A stretch of DNA of 63,950 nt, the filler included, from Phoronis australis (lineage: Eukaryota > Animalia > Phoronida): NCBI GenBank assembly GCA_002633005.1. It is 5 parts of 5 records of this genome, joined end to end, with 100 filler letters (N's around TTAATTAATTAA, not from the genome) between each part and the next. Parts side by side here need not be neighbours in the genome. Positions count along the whole stretch, not along the records: positions 1 to 30,615 come from NMRA01001287.1; positions 30,716 to 57,025 come from NMRA01000781.1; 3 more parts are not named here. One strand, 5' to 3'. The notes beneath the pieces were generated by a model, which made no database searches, had not been told where the DNA came from, and saw only the letters and a list, made by a program, of their open reading frames with translations. This document shows, one piece after another, positions 24,886-37,789 of this stretch (position 1 is its first letter; each line of letters opens with the position of its first letter). The position numbers and the translations under genes were made by a program.

Positions 24886-27800
24886 CCTATCGCAAGCTCC
24901 GCCCCTATGCGAAAAGTCACGTGATACCCGACACTCGAACGAGATGTAAGAGGCAAATACACAGTCGCTAAATGACGTTCCTGGTGGAATCGATGAGTGT
25001 TTTTGCACTATTTGAAAACGCTTCGACAGAGACAAGAGGCGATGCTTTTCAACAGAGAATCTTATGATATGGGAATTTGTAAAGGTGACGATGAAAAAAT
25101 AAGTGCTCGAGGAGCCAGCGAAAATCCGAAGAACCCCTCGGCCTCGGGGCCACGTTCACCTGACATATGACAAGGCCACTGATACGATATGTTCATGTTA
25201 AGCTGGATATGTACCTTAAAGTCGAATTATCTGTACGATTCCATAGATTTCATGATCTTTCGAATAAAACCAGGGACTACCGCTAGTGTGCTGAGATCCA
25301 GCAGGTGCCGAGACAAAGGCGGCCAGACGTAGGAAACTCAGGAGTCAAAATCTGAGATATCCCTGCACCATAGCCACCAAAATGAAAAGTGCGTATCTTG
25401 GAACTAATATATTTGTGTTTATTATAGCCTTCGAGTTATCAAGCAACATCGCTAAGTTCAGCTGCTCGTGTGGCCGTACAGTTTGATCCATAATTTACGC
25501 TTTTCAACATCATTTTTCGGCTTAGGACATGCCAAAAATGACGGGATATTATTCTGGAGCAGCATAACGGCTGTCGGTGCTACACACGCCATATCAACAC
25601 CGTTTCCCCATTCTTAGCTGACAATTTCTTGAGCTATAGACTAAAGTAAGTTTTACTCGACTACGTGTGGTTTGTCGGGTAAAATGGCGACTTGGAAACG
25701 CAGACGAAGGTGTGCCAAGAATGCTGCGTTCTGATTGGTCAATTAAGCCGTCCGTCATAATCCTGGCAAACAGTGTAAATTGTCTATCTAAATTAGACTG
25801 ACATTGGTTTTAGTTCTGTAAGTTTTACTTTGGTGTTCTGTTTGTTCACTAGCAGATAGCACTTGATTGACAATAACCTATGATGTCAGAATAGTCATGG
25901 TGAAATTTGTTTACAAAAGATGCTAGAGAACATAGAACAGATATTGGGCTTACGTCGGACATTTTGTTTGTAGACTTGTGAATGTACGGTCGAGAATAAC
26001 CCACACTACGAAAATGGCCAAGCTATAGGAAATTTTAAAATGGTTAAGTTGACATTAATGACGTCATTGGTACTCTTTGGTTGTTGGACTATGACGACGG
26101 CCGCGGGCGTCCGTGTTTCAAAGAGGAAAATAAAAATTGGCAAACGGCATAAACTGTCAAAAAATCTGTTGGATATTCCTCGCACAGGATTCAACGCCTG
26201 GAAGCTATTGTCGATAAGTCTAACCTTCTGAAAGTAACGAATCGTAGACTCTTAAAAACCATTTCACACGTACATGTAACTTGCTTACAGTTACCGCATT
26301 AGCTTTTGTACATTGACGTATAACACAAGAAATCATATAATATATGCCAATTCAGATTTTGTTGAAACAATCCATCTCACACATATCTTGCTTACAGTTA
26401 CCTCCACACTTTGAACTAAACAATACGCAACACAACAAATCATCTTATACATTATGAAAAAGTTATCTACTCAATTAAAAAAACAATTTCAACAGTTCAG
26501 TAGTCTACATATGAATTCCTGAACCACACCAAAAGCCAACATACTGTCAAACTTGAAATCAACAGTGTAGTGATCTAAGAATCATGATTTTAGACAATAT
26601 TGCAAACGTATTAGCAACGGACTCTGAAAACTAGCTCAGGTGTATCTTGTTTACTCAAATACTGGCAAACCCCGAACGAACTTTTAAACTACAGACTGAA
26701 TTGCAAGGTATAAAAATAGTCGCCAATTTCGAGGTCCAACGGCACATAACAAAATATATATAATGATGATAAAGCCAAAATGTATTGTATGCCGAGACAA
26801 GTGACCAGTTCTTATTATTCTGTAGCTACCCCCTGTTGGAGGTATGGCAGATATAAAACATCATGGGATTCATACAAGATCATTTGCTGTTTAAACAACC
26901 CTTACGACTGTCGCTGTGCCTGTGTTGTGGGTCATGATAAATCACACGAAGTCCTAAACAGGCATATCGATATAGTTACTAAATCTATCGATAGAGATTG
27001 CAGGGGCGGATCCAGGANNNNNNNNNNNNNNNNNNNNNNNNNNNNNNNNNNNNNNNNNNNNNNNNNNNNNNNNNNNNNNNNNNNNNNNNNNNNNNNNNNN
27101 NNNNNNNNNNNNNNNNNNNNNNNNNNNNNNNNNNNNNNNNNNNNNNNNNNNNNNNNNNNNNNNNNNNNNNNNNNNNNNNNNNNNNNNNNNNNNNNNNNNN
27201 NNNNNNNNNNNNNNNNNNNNNNNNNNNNNNNNNNNNNNNNNNNNNNNNNNNNNNNNNNNNNNNNNNNNNNNNNNNNNNNNNNNNNNNNNNNNNNNNNNNN
27301 NNNNNNNNNNNNNNNNNNNNNNNNNNNNNNNNNNNNNNNNNNNNNNNNNNNNNNNNNNNNNNNNNNNNNNNNNNNNNNNNNNNNNNNNNNNNNNNNNNNN
27401 NNNNNNNNNNNNNNNNNNNNNNNNNNNNNNNNNNNNNNNNNNNNNNNNNNNNNNNNNNNNNNNNNNNNNNNNNNNNNNNNNNNNNNNNNNNNNNNNNNNN
27501 NNNNNNNNTAGGCTTCACATTTCCTGAACATAATTTTAAGCACCGGTTTGTCTGTACAACAGACCACATTTACACTTCAGTCCATCAGCCATGCCAGTTT
27601 GTTTGCGCAAAGCGCTGCCTGTTGACGAATCGACTAGCCAATCAGAAACGCCGGTGTAAAAAAATTTACAGAGGAAATTTAAGTGATACCTGCGTGCTGG
27701 CGCGGCTACCGCCCCACCTAGCGGCACGCAGGGAACCAGCGAGTTCATGGTGTTGCAAAGCTAACCAATGATTGCCGAGGTTACATCAACCAATGCTAAA

Positions 27801-28444
27801 GCGCGTGCCACTGCGTGATACCTGCGTGCTGGCTGGGCTAAGCACGTAGGGAACCAGCGAGGAGTTACTGTTGCCTCAGGTGCGGTTTCCGTTAGACTTT
27901 AATTAAACATTACGTGGAAGGTGTAACGATATCGTTGTTGTTGCCTAATGCTAATGGTATAGTAATTTAGTTAGTCAACGTAATTTAGACTGTTTTTGTA
28001 ACGTTTCAGATAACCGTTAAGAAAACGTTTACCTGTTGCCACCAAGACATAATGTCAATTCGATTTATGAGCAGTAATGTTATCTGTAGTATTTACCCGT
28101 GTAACCGTGAAATAAAATTTTGAAAAATGAAAAATTCACCATGTAAAAGAATCCAACCCAGTTGGATTATTGGCAATGTACATTGCCCTTGCCAGTTGTC
28201 CCGCGCTTGGCGTACTGTCCCAGTCCCACTTTTTGAATTTTTACGCCACACCGCCATACCACTCAAAATGTCCCACACGCGAAATTGGCATGTTATCCTA
28301 TACTAGTGTGATTTCCCATCAACATAGGCCTATTTTCCCGTTCGACTAAAAAAGAGATATTTCATAGCTTTTGGTGGTAACCACAATTTCCAAAAAAAAA
28401 CGCCTTCGTGCGCTCTTGGTTGTTACGTCTCCCGTTCGACAAAA

Positions 28445-29025
28445 AACGTCGGAACGTATTTGTGTGTTGTGCCGAATATTCCATCCTTGTGTTTAGGCAT
28501 AGACCCAGATGTTCCTTTGTAATCCGGCGGATGCCCAGCTCTCAAATCCAGTTGACGGGAAGTTTAAAATAAATGTAGTATTCCTCATGTGCGTTCCCGT
28601 GAGGGCGGGTAGAATGCGTGCATGTCATGTTCTCTTCTTCTGAATGTGTGATACAGGTACAGAACGTCTGTTCACCAGCATGCTCCATCTTATTGACAGC
28701 TCATGGTTTTGTTTTGGAGTGCCCTTCTCCTAGACAAGTCGCCTTTCATGATGAGCCCACTGTCCAGGTTTATCTCCGAGTTGTCCTCCTAGTACGTGAC
28801 TTGTCGCCAAGGATCAATATTTTTACAGATTACGGGAGCTAGCCTTACTCGTAGCTGTAGTATGACCCTTACGAGTTGAAATGGGTTTCGTCTGATCTCT
28901 ACCTTTCGACCTGGCCGGTATGGGTGGCCCTGCTAGGAGTTTTTAAACTCCCGCCAGCAAAGCTTTAGAGATCAAGGAGATACGCAAGCTGTTTCCTCAC
29001 GACAAGGCATTCACGTACCCAGGAA
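28445..29025 (-). mobile_element. 5' UTR and start of an RTE-clade LINE (3' part missing)
   Basis: Minus strand reads CCTTGTCGTG...GCTTGCGT...GGGCCACCCAT...CAGGTC...CAGAC, as recalled for RTE/BovB/Expander 5' ends. It also has two copies of a GGCGACxxGTC..TAGGAG(A/G)A..ACTC..AAACC motif. Confidence 0.65.
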
Positions 29026-29718
29026 CAGTAATGTAGCATTAAAAATCCTTCTGTAGAGTTGAATACAGTTTCGTTGGAAAAGCACCTTTCGTGGGAATTT
29101 TGATTGAAATAACTCTTTCGCAGGAGAACTGGTCGTGAAAAAGTCATTTTTCTGAGTGAGAGATCCTGGGCCAATTTCAATGCTTCCAGGGGACTAAAGA
29201 AACGCCTAATTATTCCTGTGCAGGAAGCACATCAATAAATCGTCTACTTGCGGTATTTCTATACTGTACAATGTATGGCAGACAACTAAAGTAACGACTG
29301 CCCAATGACTACTGAGCAACACCATATAAATGAAACAACTATATAAACTTAAATTGTAGTTGCCAACTTGCTTTGATTGACGCTGCAAAATAGCCGAACA
29401 ACGCCACTTACCCATGCAAATCGTTCTCGAATTTCTTAGCAAGACAAGACTTTATATAGTACTTGCCACAACATGAAAGATTCCTCGACAATTCGACCGC
29501 TTCAATTCGGTCCCTGGTTTCTCAATTCCAAAAAAAAATTCAAACCGAAGTTATCATCACTGGCAGGACGGTTGCAGCAAGGGAGGTGATGTCCGAACAC
29601 GTAGGGAGGTGCTCGGGTACCCTGCCCTCCCTAAATCCGCAAGTGATCGTAACAGTTTATAAACTAAATGCCGGCGGTCTGGCACACGTTGGGGAGCTGA
29701 TTAAAGGATCTAGGGGTG

Positions 29719-29791
29719 TGTCCCTGAGGGACTCGAACTCACGACCTTGAGTAAAGGAGGCGGACACTTATCACTCGGCCTCACTGCCACC
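29719..29791 (-). mobile_element. tRNA-derived SINE head
   Basis: Minus strand GGTGGCAGTGAGGCCGAGTGATAAG...GAGTTCGAGTCC (A and B boxes). Confidence 0.55.
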
Positions 29792-30273
29792 TCGATCGTG
29801 ACAAGCTTGACCTTTTCTTCGACTTAACATTTAAAAGTAAACCAAATCCTGTTTTAGACTATTAAGTACCATTTGGTCACTTTTAACAAATCACAAAATC
29901 ATGTTCTGTCACCTTCATCAACCCTTGAAAGTTGGGAGCAACTTAATCCGGGCCGAGTTCCGAAGACGCAACTTTGTCGAGAAGGAAGCCAGCGTGATCA
30001 CGTGCATTGAGTGGCAATATCTCGCAGTCTTGCGTTCTTGCCTGTTCAATCGACGAGATAACCGACCGATGTAGAGAAGGACGGCCTTACGTGACGAATG
30101 AGTGGCCACACCACAGCTGATTATCTACATGAATCGTTTAGGTCTGTGAGAGGCACTGATTCTCAATCACTAGAAGGTCGGCTATAAAACCAGTTTGGGG
30201 TGAAACTACTTCAACAGGGTTCAGTATCATTTAAAGCCGCAAATAGAAGCCTATCTAAATCTGATTGAGGTCA

Positions 30274-30500
30274 TCAATCGACAGTCATCACGTACATTAG
30301 CAGTTTGTCAATCAAATTGATAGCAAAGTCCCGAAATAACGTCATAGTCCTGACAAGAAAGTACGGAGTATACATTTCCCTATGTCGGTTGAGCCCGCCT
30401 TTGATGATGTCCAAAGCTGTGTCGCTTGTGTTAGAGTATTGAAGTATTCCCTGTTGGTAGCCCTTGGTTTTCGACATGCTGTATCGGGCTGACGTGGTAT
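30274..30500 (-). CDS. Terminal exon of a second HSD11B1-like paralogue (upstream exons not found beyond the gap)
   Basis: Reads DTTSARYS...DTALDIIKGGLNRHREMYTPYF. Same 227-nt length, phase and acceptor position as 8304-8530, with an open frame. Confidence 0.85.
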
Positions 30501-30615
30501 CTGAAACAACAGTCGACATGTTTTGGTCAACAGTTTAGGACAAACACAAGGCCTACTGACAATTTTTGGTATATGTAATGACACCGTTTTAATCGATTTT
30601 ACTGTACATGATGAA

Positions 30616-30715
30616 NNNNNNNNNNNNNNNNNNNNNNNNNNNNNNNNNNNNNNNNNNNNTTAATTAATTAANNNNNNNNNNNNNNNNNNNNNNNNNNNNN
30701 NNNNNNNNNNNNNNN
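30616..30715. other. Artificial contig linker N44-TTAATTAATTAA-N44 (also 57026-57125, 59751-59850, 61464-61563)
   Basis: Identical 100-bp structure four times. TTAATTAATTAA places stops in all six frames. Confidence 0.95.
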
Positions 30716-33700
30716 TGACACGTTTATTTCCATATTAACTGAAAGCTCAGTTTCAACATGAAAACTTCGAATGAACAATTACTTAAAATAGATTACAAAG
30801 GCAATCATGATAGTAAAATGAGACCGACTCGTGATCCCCATTCGTCGTTCTGGTAGTCGTCTGAATTGTTGGAGAAGCGCTGTCGTTCTACATGTTTAGG
30901 CCTACTGCAAACGATGGGAATGCAACGACTAGTCAGTGCTGCGCGGCTGAAGACAGGAATAACTAACATATTGTATATATGAGGGCGTTGTCTAGAAAGC
31001 GAATGCAATTTCAAATGCTACCAACATCAAATTCACCCAACCGTTATTTTACAATTAAAACCTTTCTCATCCACAGCCTTTGAAACGCTTGATGTTAACT
31101 CAGTGATACACTGGCGCGTCTTCATGCAACTAAGGTGTCTGACCTAACACATCTGGGTTCGCTTACGTTTTTAACGACAGTGAAAACTCTGACTTGTGAA
31201 ATCTGTTTGTGGATGAAATGAAACTGATAACCGTTAACATTTTCTGATAATATGCGGGGAAGATAACAGGACCATTTCTTCTGGTCGTAACCAGTTTAGC
31301 GCCGTCCACGGTCATCACCAATTTCGCGCAGCTGTCTCCCTCAGTCACTACTAATTTATACCGCCATCCCCACTCCCCCACCCCCTGGCCTCCTGCTGCA
31401 CATCATTGTCGATTTTGTGCCACTAATTCTAAGGGAGTCTGCTAGGTGCACCCCCCTGCCAAGATCGTTGTTGCACACATTGATACGATAGGCTACTGGG
31501 CAGATCACGAACGTTAGAAGAATCGACTAGTGACGACCTGAAAAGAAAAACGAAAGCATTCAATTTGGGACAGCGTGAACTCATGAAGGATGTAAACCAG
31601 GCAATTCAAGAACCGGTCTACTATTTATATACTTAATTTTCTTTCTTAATATGTACTTAACCAATTGCAATCCGTCTATGTCGACCGTTTTCATTTCATT
31701 GCGTCGTATATTTTATACAGTTAGGAAAATAGTTCTTCCCACATGTCTCTGCTGATGGACACTACACACTTCTGCTTACATTTAAGGTATGAATAGTCGC
31801 GAGTTTACTGAAGTCTCATTATAATTACAGAAATGTTGTTGAAGAATAACAGTGACTATCTGAAGAGAGGAATACATAACAAAATAGAATATGGAAACAC
31901 CAAACAAAAATCAAAACAACACTTACCTGTAGCAATAAGGCCTTAAATGCGAACGTACTGACCGCCTTGCATGAACGGAATGTTAGTTGAACTTGTTAGT
32001 TGAACAAAACTGTCTCAATGAAATTTTCATGGTTTACAAGTTTAAGAAGATTTCCGTATATAAGTCCAGCAGAATATATGGCCAATTTGCGTATCTTAAA
32101 TTTTTCCCTAAAATATACCTGGGATGCATATCTGAGAATAAAAATGCATGAAATCTAAAAATAATGCTATCCCCACTAGGATATAACTAGGGTGAGCTAT
32201 AGTATTTATACTGTCTTCGTGTATTCGGCATTGCTGAGTATAGGCCCTGGTGTCTAAGACGTTTGGTTTTCCGAACTTATATACTGAAATCGCTGGTAAT
32301 ACTTCCCAAAATTATTTACCCTTGCTGCAAGTAAGGCATCACCTCGCGTAAAAATAGAACAATAATAATTAGCAGTGTCACAGTTACCTCTTACGAATCA
32401 AACACAGTTAAACACACTTACAGCTGAAATGCCTCTAAAACTATCTTAAGTAATACAAAAAGCATGGTCTGTAGTTTAAGATCACATTTCATTTTTGTCT
32501 CAAAACTATCAACTGAAGCCGGTGACTAGACAAGAAGACAAGCTCCTGTGGAAAGTAGATATGGAACTCTGGGATGGAAACACCTATCAGATTCCGGGCC
32601 CGTTGCATTGGACTCCAGGTCCTGTATTCTTGTTAGCCTACCCCTAGGACCACAAGAAGCAACAACTACCAAATCTGATTCAACTGACTTGTCATTTTTT
32701 GGAAATGATTGGTGGAGGATTTTCTTAGTCGCCGGAGACAGAGAGTGCCACAGGGTCCCGGTGTCCTTGTCGGGATTCATCTCAATCTCAGGACACCATG
32801 GAGTCCAGGGTGTTGTACCTCAGACGGCACAGGGTGTGAATTAACAAGACCACAAGTACACAGACCAATGGATGAGCAAGCAAAATTGGGTTGCTGCAAG
32901 TTCAATCTTTTTTAGGTTTACATCGGGGTAAAGCTCGTAACGCTAAGACTTCGGTAAAAAGCAAGAATTCATGAAATTACGTGATGTATTGTGTATTTTA
33001 ATTGAAAGCGTGATTTTAGCTAGATTTTTTATTTTCCAAGACAGCTACTGAACTCTACCCTAGTCTGCGTCCAGGGGCGCAAGGGTGAAAATCTCACAAG
33101 CACGCTAGGCTGAAGACTTCGAGACGTATAGTGAGGCATTGCAAGCGAAGCACACGATCACACTATCTTCTTTAGCGAGATTCTTGTATCTGCGCTGCTT
33201 ATCAGAGAGCAACAGACAATTTGTAAGGGTAGTGAAACGTGGTTACGTGGATGTACATTAGTTTTTGATATGTGTTATAGCACACCGGCACTTACACAAC
33301 ATAGGACAGGGATGCAATGTCTCTGTAACAATTGCGTGTGTGCCGCGCTTCTTTCTGAGTGCTGGGCCTTGCACTATGTTTGATTTGTAACCAGCTTTAT
33401 TTTGGCTCCGTCTCATTCGGCTGCTGCTGTTCACTATCTACACTACTTTGAACGCGCGATATCCTACGGACAGACTTGGCTGTAGCCTATTGTGTATGGG
33501 GGCCTAAACAAAAAATATTTCTCGTCGCATCAATGATAAAATCCAAACACGTCTTCAGGAGATTTTAGCCACTGACAAGGGCATTTGCAAAGGCCAGGAC
33601 GTTTTAAAAATACAAACGTTTCGTAAACACGCAAGTTGATGTCAGGCGTGCAAGTTCAGTGTCACAGTCAGAAGTCAAACAGCACGGTCTAATTAAACCA

Positions 33701-34319
33701 GAGCACATGTTACGCTACAACAAAAAAACTGCAGCCTTGGGTGTATTTCCCATTTGTATTTTCATCAGAAATTTTCGTCATACGGGACTCGGTGATTCTT
33801 TTCATAGCTACAGTGCCAAACACAAGCTAAATGCATGACAATCGAGTAATGGTCGTGACATCGTCAAGACGAGGTAAAAATTACAAATCCCGTTACACCG
33901 ATTCTCGGATTCAAGCCTTATAGAGTAGTAATCATCCATTGAACGCTTTAGTGACACGGGGGTTGCGTCGATCCCAAATTAGCGTTTCTAAAATTTTCCT
34001 TGTCCGAAAGTCGTGGACAAAAATCCGACGTTTATGACATTGTCCAAAATTTGAGGATCGTTGAAAAACAGTTTTTGGACCTTTTGCGAATTTCGTGGAC
34101 TATGAAAAACTCATTTCGGAAATATTTATTCTTGGTCGAAAATGGCGGGCCGTCCGAAAATCGCGCGACTTTACCGTACCCTCATTTGCTGTTGCGCCTG
34201 TCATGTTCAATTCTAATTTTGTTTGATGCCTTGTGTGTTCTATTTAAGTATTTGTATTTTGTATTGTTTATGATTTGGGAATGTAGTGGTTGGGGGGAAC
34301 CAGTTGAGATTTAAAAGTT

Positions 34320-35172
34320 TACCGTATTCGCCCTAATAACCGACTATGCTCCTATAAGCATCTCCCCATGCGTTTTCAAACTTTGCTAAAATAAGCCCTC
34401 AACCCATGAGTGTGTACGAGCGAAAAATGCCTTACCTGCATTCCTAAAATTCTACGTCTTCAATTTATCAATAATATCCAACAGTCCTGAAAAAAAATCA
34501 TTGTGCGCAGAATTTGTAGACCATGAGCCTCGCCGCTATGTCTGTATTTAGCCGTGACTATACATTTCAAACTTCTGCTGTGCCTCAAAATCATGAACAC
34601 AAAAGTTTTGCTGATCTTGCGAGGAATATGTCGCACTATGATCTGACCTTTTAGAACAGACATAGAGTGTACTTGTCAAGGGGATTGTATTGTAGATGTT
34701 TCCCTCCCTCAACAGGAATTTCTTTGTATACGTGAAAACCGTGAATCGTTCGAAGACTAATAAATAACTTGGCCAGTGTTAAAAGCACGTGGCCAGGAAG
34801 CGCGCGCTACATACATGTACCTGTCATCAAAGACATTAGTCAGGAAGTATCCATTCATGAAACGGGTAGCATAGCATCGGCAAGAAATGAATATTGGCAC
34901 TAATTTCTGACAGTTTCTAAAACTATAAAAAATGTTTGCATTATTTTTAAGAAGGATTGTTTGATTAATTATAAGTGGTGTTTTTAAGCCAAATATCTGA
35001 TAAAACGACCACTGACAGTGAATGCTTGCACCAAAAAATAACTGTCAGATAATCACGTCCGCAACCAGCCATATGCCGACTAATATGGGCCTTACTGAGA
35101 CATATGTCGGAACGTTTTTAGCACATGAGACTGGGAAGTGCTGAATGAAACACGTTCTGCTTTAGGCCTACT
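34320..35172 (+). mobile_element. Non-autonomous DNA transposon fragment (TACCGTATTCGCC end); inverted copy at 46422-47920
   Basis: 34420-35170 is approximately the reverse complement of 47220-47915. Both copies carry TACCGTATTCGCC.TAATA.CCG termini. Confidence 0.75.
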
Positions 35173-35220
35173 GCTTGTGCTAATTTCTTGAGATACAATG
35201 CACATCTAGCTCATTAGATT

Positions 35221-35570
35221 TAATGCAATCTGTCTTTGTTGTGTTATGGTCTATATATTATTGCAATCTGTCTTTGTTTTGTTCTGGACTATGTATTAAT
35301 GCAATCTGTCTTTGTTGTGTTCTGGTTTATGTATTAATGCAATCCGTCTTTGTTGTGTTCTGGTCTATGTATTAATGCAATCTGTCTTTGTTGTGTGCTG
35401 GTTTATGTATTAATGCAATCCGTCTTTGTTGTGTTCTGGTCTATGTATTAATGCAATCTGTCTTTGTTGTGTTCTTGTCTATGTATTAATGCAACCTGTC
35501 TTTGTTGTGTTCTGGTCTATGTATTAATGCAATCTGTCTTTGTTGTGTTCTGGTCTACGTATTAATGCAC
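35221..35570 (+). repeat. 39-bp minisatellite x~9
   Basis: Unit AATGCAATCTGTCTTTGTTGTGTTCTGGTCTATGTATT(A). Confidence 0.93.
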
Positions 35571-35680
35571 TCTGCTGTGAACCCTTGAACAGTTGAATTT
35601 TGAACTCTTGCTGATATCTTTATACTATCAACATTTACCGTCAACTATTCATGTTGTGCAATTCGTGTCCTTTTCAACAG

Positions 35681-35899
35681 AAACATTGGGATGGGTATGT
35701 CATCAGTGTCTGCGCGCGTCGGTGGAATGATAGCCCCAGTCTTCCTCCACCTGAAGGATGTCTGGCTGCCTCTGCCCATGTTGTTGTTTGGCAGCCTCTC
35801 TGTGTTGGCTGGTCTCTTGGTCCTACTTCTGCCTGAACCATTGGGTAAACCTCTACCTCAAACTATAGAAGATATCACTGGTAGACGGGCAGGAAAAGG
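35681..35899 (+). CDS. SLC22/organic cation transporter-like MFS protein, penultimate exon (TM11-12)
   Basis: Reads (R)NIGMGMSSVSARVGGMIAP...LPMLLFGSLSVLAGLLVLLLPEPLGKPLPQTIED. Acceptor ttttcaacAG, donor GG|GTAGGT. No upstream exons identified. Confidence 0.88.
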
Positions 35900-36175
35900 G
35901 TAGGTAGATCAACACGAATTATTTAGTCTCACACTAGTTGCTGATTCTATTACTATAGCATATATTAAGTGTCGTGTTCACCATAGTCTATGAATTATGA
36001 TTAGGTTTCTTTGTGCAAAAGTTATGAACTAGTGGAAAATTAATCTTTATTTCCAAAATATGTTTTTAAAAAAATGTTCTGATTGTTATTGATGCTGTGC
36101 ACCATGTTTTATGAAACTCCATGTAACTGTTCATCGTTCCAGTATGAAACTCCATGTAACTGTTCATCGTTCCAG

Positions 36176-36314
36176 TAAACACCCAATCCCTCTCGACAAT
36201 TCAACTGAAATAGAGGTTCTTGAGGTGAACAATGGTGCTGGCGACATTGCAAATAAGGAAGGCATCGAGTACGAAACTGACGATGAACCAAATCAAGACA
36301 AGACTATGGTTTAA
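36176..36314 (+). CDS. SLC22-like transporter terminal exon (acidic tail ending KTMV*)
   Basis: Acceptor cgttccAG in a phase matching the previous donor, with an alternative acceptor 33 nt upstream. The C-terminal x-T-x-V is PDZ-ligand-like. Confidence 0.65.
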
Positions 36315-36473
36315 CATATGTCTAGACACTGTCATGTTTGAAGCTTTCCTTTTTTGCACATTTGGCATTAGCTGTTGTTGTGTTGAGGCCGAACTTGAGG
36401 TCTATTTTTGGAGTCATAAAGTTTTGTATTTGAACATTTTACATAAAACATTTTTGAAAGGTTCTTTTGCATG

Positions 36474-36632
36474 TGTGGTACGGTAATACTATCATCATGA
36501 GCGTAGTGTGGTACGGTAATACTATCATCATGAGCGTAGTGTGGTACGGTAATACTATCATCATGAGCGTAGTGTGGTACGGTAATACTATTTTCATGGG
36601 GAGGTAGTGTGGTAAAGTAATACTATCATCAT
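36474..36632 (+). repeat. 33-bp tandem repeat x~5
   Basis: Unit GTGGTACGGTAATACTATCATCATGAGCGTAGT. Confidence 0.92.
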
Positions 36633-37789
36633 GGTGCTTTTGTTTGCTGGTAGTTTATATATTAGATCTGTAGGATATATGTGTGTGCTATAATTCGTAC
36701 AAACTGTAATGTATGAAGGAGATGCAATCAGCAGAAACAACTTCAAATCAGGAATAATACTCAAGAAAAGGTACTGTCCTCATAATGTGCCAAATTTTTA
36801 CTGCCTTTTTGCTGTGTCATATTTTGTACACTGTTGCTAAGCAACATTCTGGGTGCTTTTTATTTTAGATTGAAATTTTATTTTTATCCTGAAATTTAAA
36901 CCATATTCCTGTAGTCACGAGCAACTAACTATATCGCTGAAAAGACAATCCTGAATGGAAAATTACTCTTACTATTGAATGTGAGCACATATGAAATGAT
37001 GCCAACGTAAATCCAGTCGTTAAATGTGTTGTAAAGCAGGTGATATTTTTATCACCTAATTTAATTGCTTTTGTCTTTTAATTCACTAGGGTTGCTAATC
37101 ATTTGCTTTTTTGTTTGTGCTTCATTTTCTGTGCCTCAGATGTCTTATTAGCCATTTCTAGAATAGTATTGATGTGCCCATTTTGATGTTTGCCCTGAGA
37201 ACCCAATTATTTGAGCTAAATGGTTCTTATACATTTTCTGGGAAATAGAAATTCAATCACTGAATCCTATTCTCCCACTTGTGGATATGTACCAAACATT
37301 CCCACTGAGGAATGACCATCTCCTTCAAGGATAACTTCTGTCACTTTTCAGCATAATGTATAACTTTATGAACTAATCTGCATACAGTCAAATATTTAGA
37401 AAACTACGAGCTACAGAATTAAATTCAGTAAATTATGTGATTTTCTGAAAGGAAAAACCCAATGGAATTTAATTTTTGATTTTATTCAAATGTGCCATTA
37501 ATTGGGTCTTTAAGTAAAAATACAGGTACATTCATAACAAATAATGGTATAAATAACATAATAAAAAATCTCATTGCCCCTCGTTCAAATGAGGAATATT
37601 TTAAAAACAATTGTTATGGTGACTATTGCATAAAGCATAAGTGTTATGGCGACCAGTGCATGAACTATCTGAAAGTTTTTTATGAATACCATCTGTCATT
37701 TCTGAGCTAATGGTTTGAAAGTGTGCCAACTTTGAATGTTTTTCTAAAATTACACAGGTCTTTAACAATAAAGGCTTATTGTCCTTGGA

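Noticed and set aside
25263-25273. AATAAAACCAG matching 21705-21715 as a Polinton target-site duplication
   Set aside because: It is not preceded by the expected inverted terminus (..TACTACT), and an AT-rich 11-mer match may be chance.
30660-30671. Recurrent TTAATTAATTAA motif (four copies) as a biological signal
   Set aside because: It is always centred in 44 N + 44 N, so it is an assembly linker with six-frame stops.
31921-32915. Possible minus-strand exons (donor near 31926; ORF 32526..32780) as the upstream part of the HSD paralogue
   Set aside because: The translations show no SDR motifs and lie beyond a linker gap.
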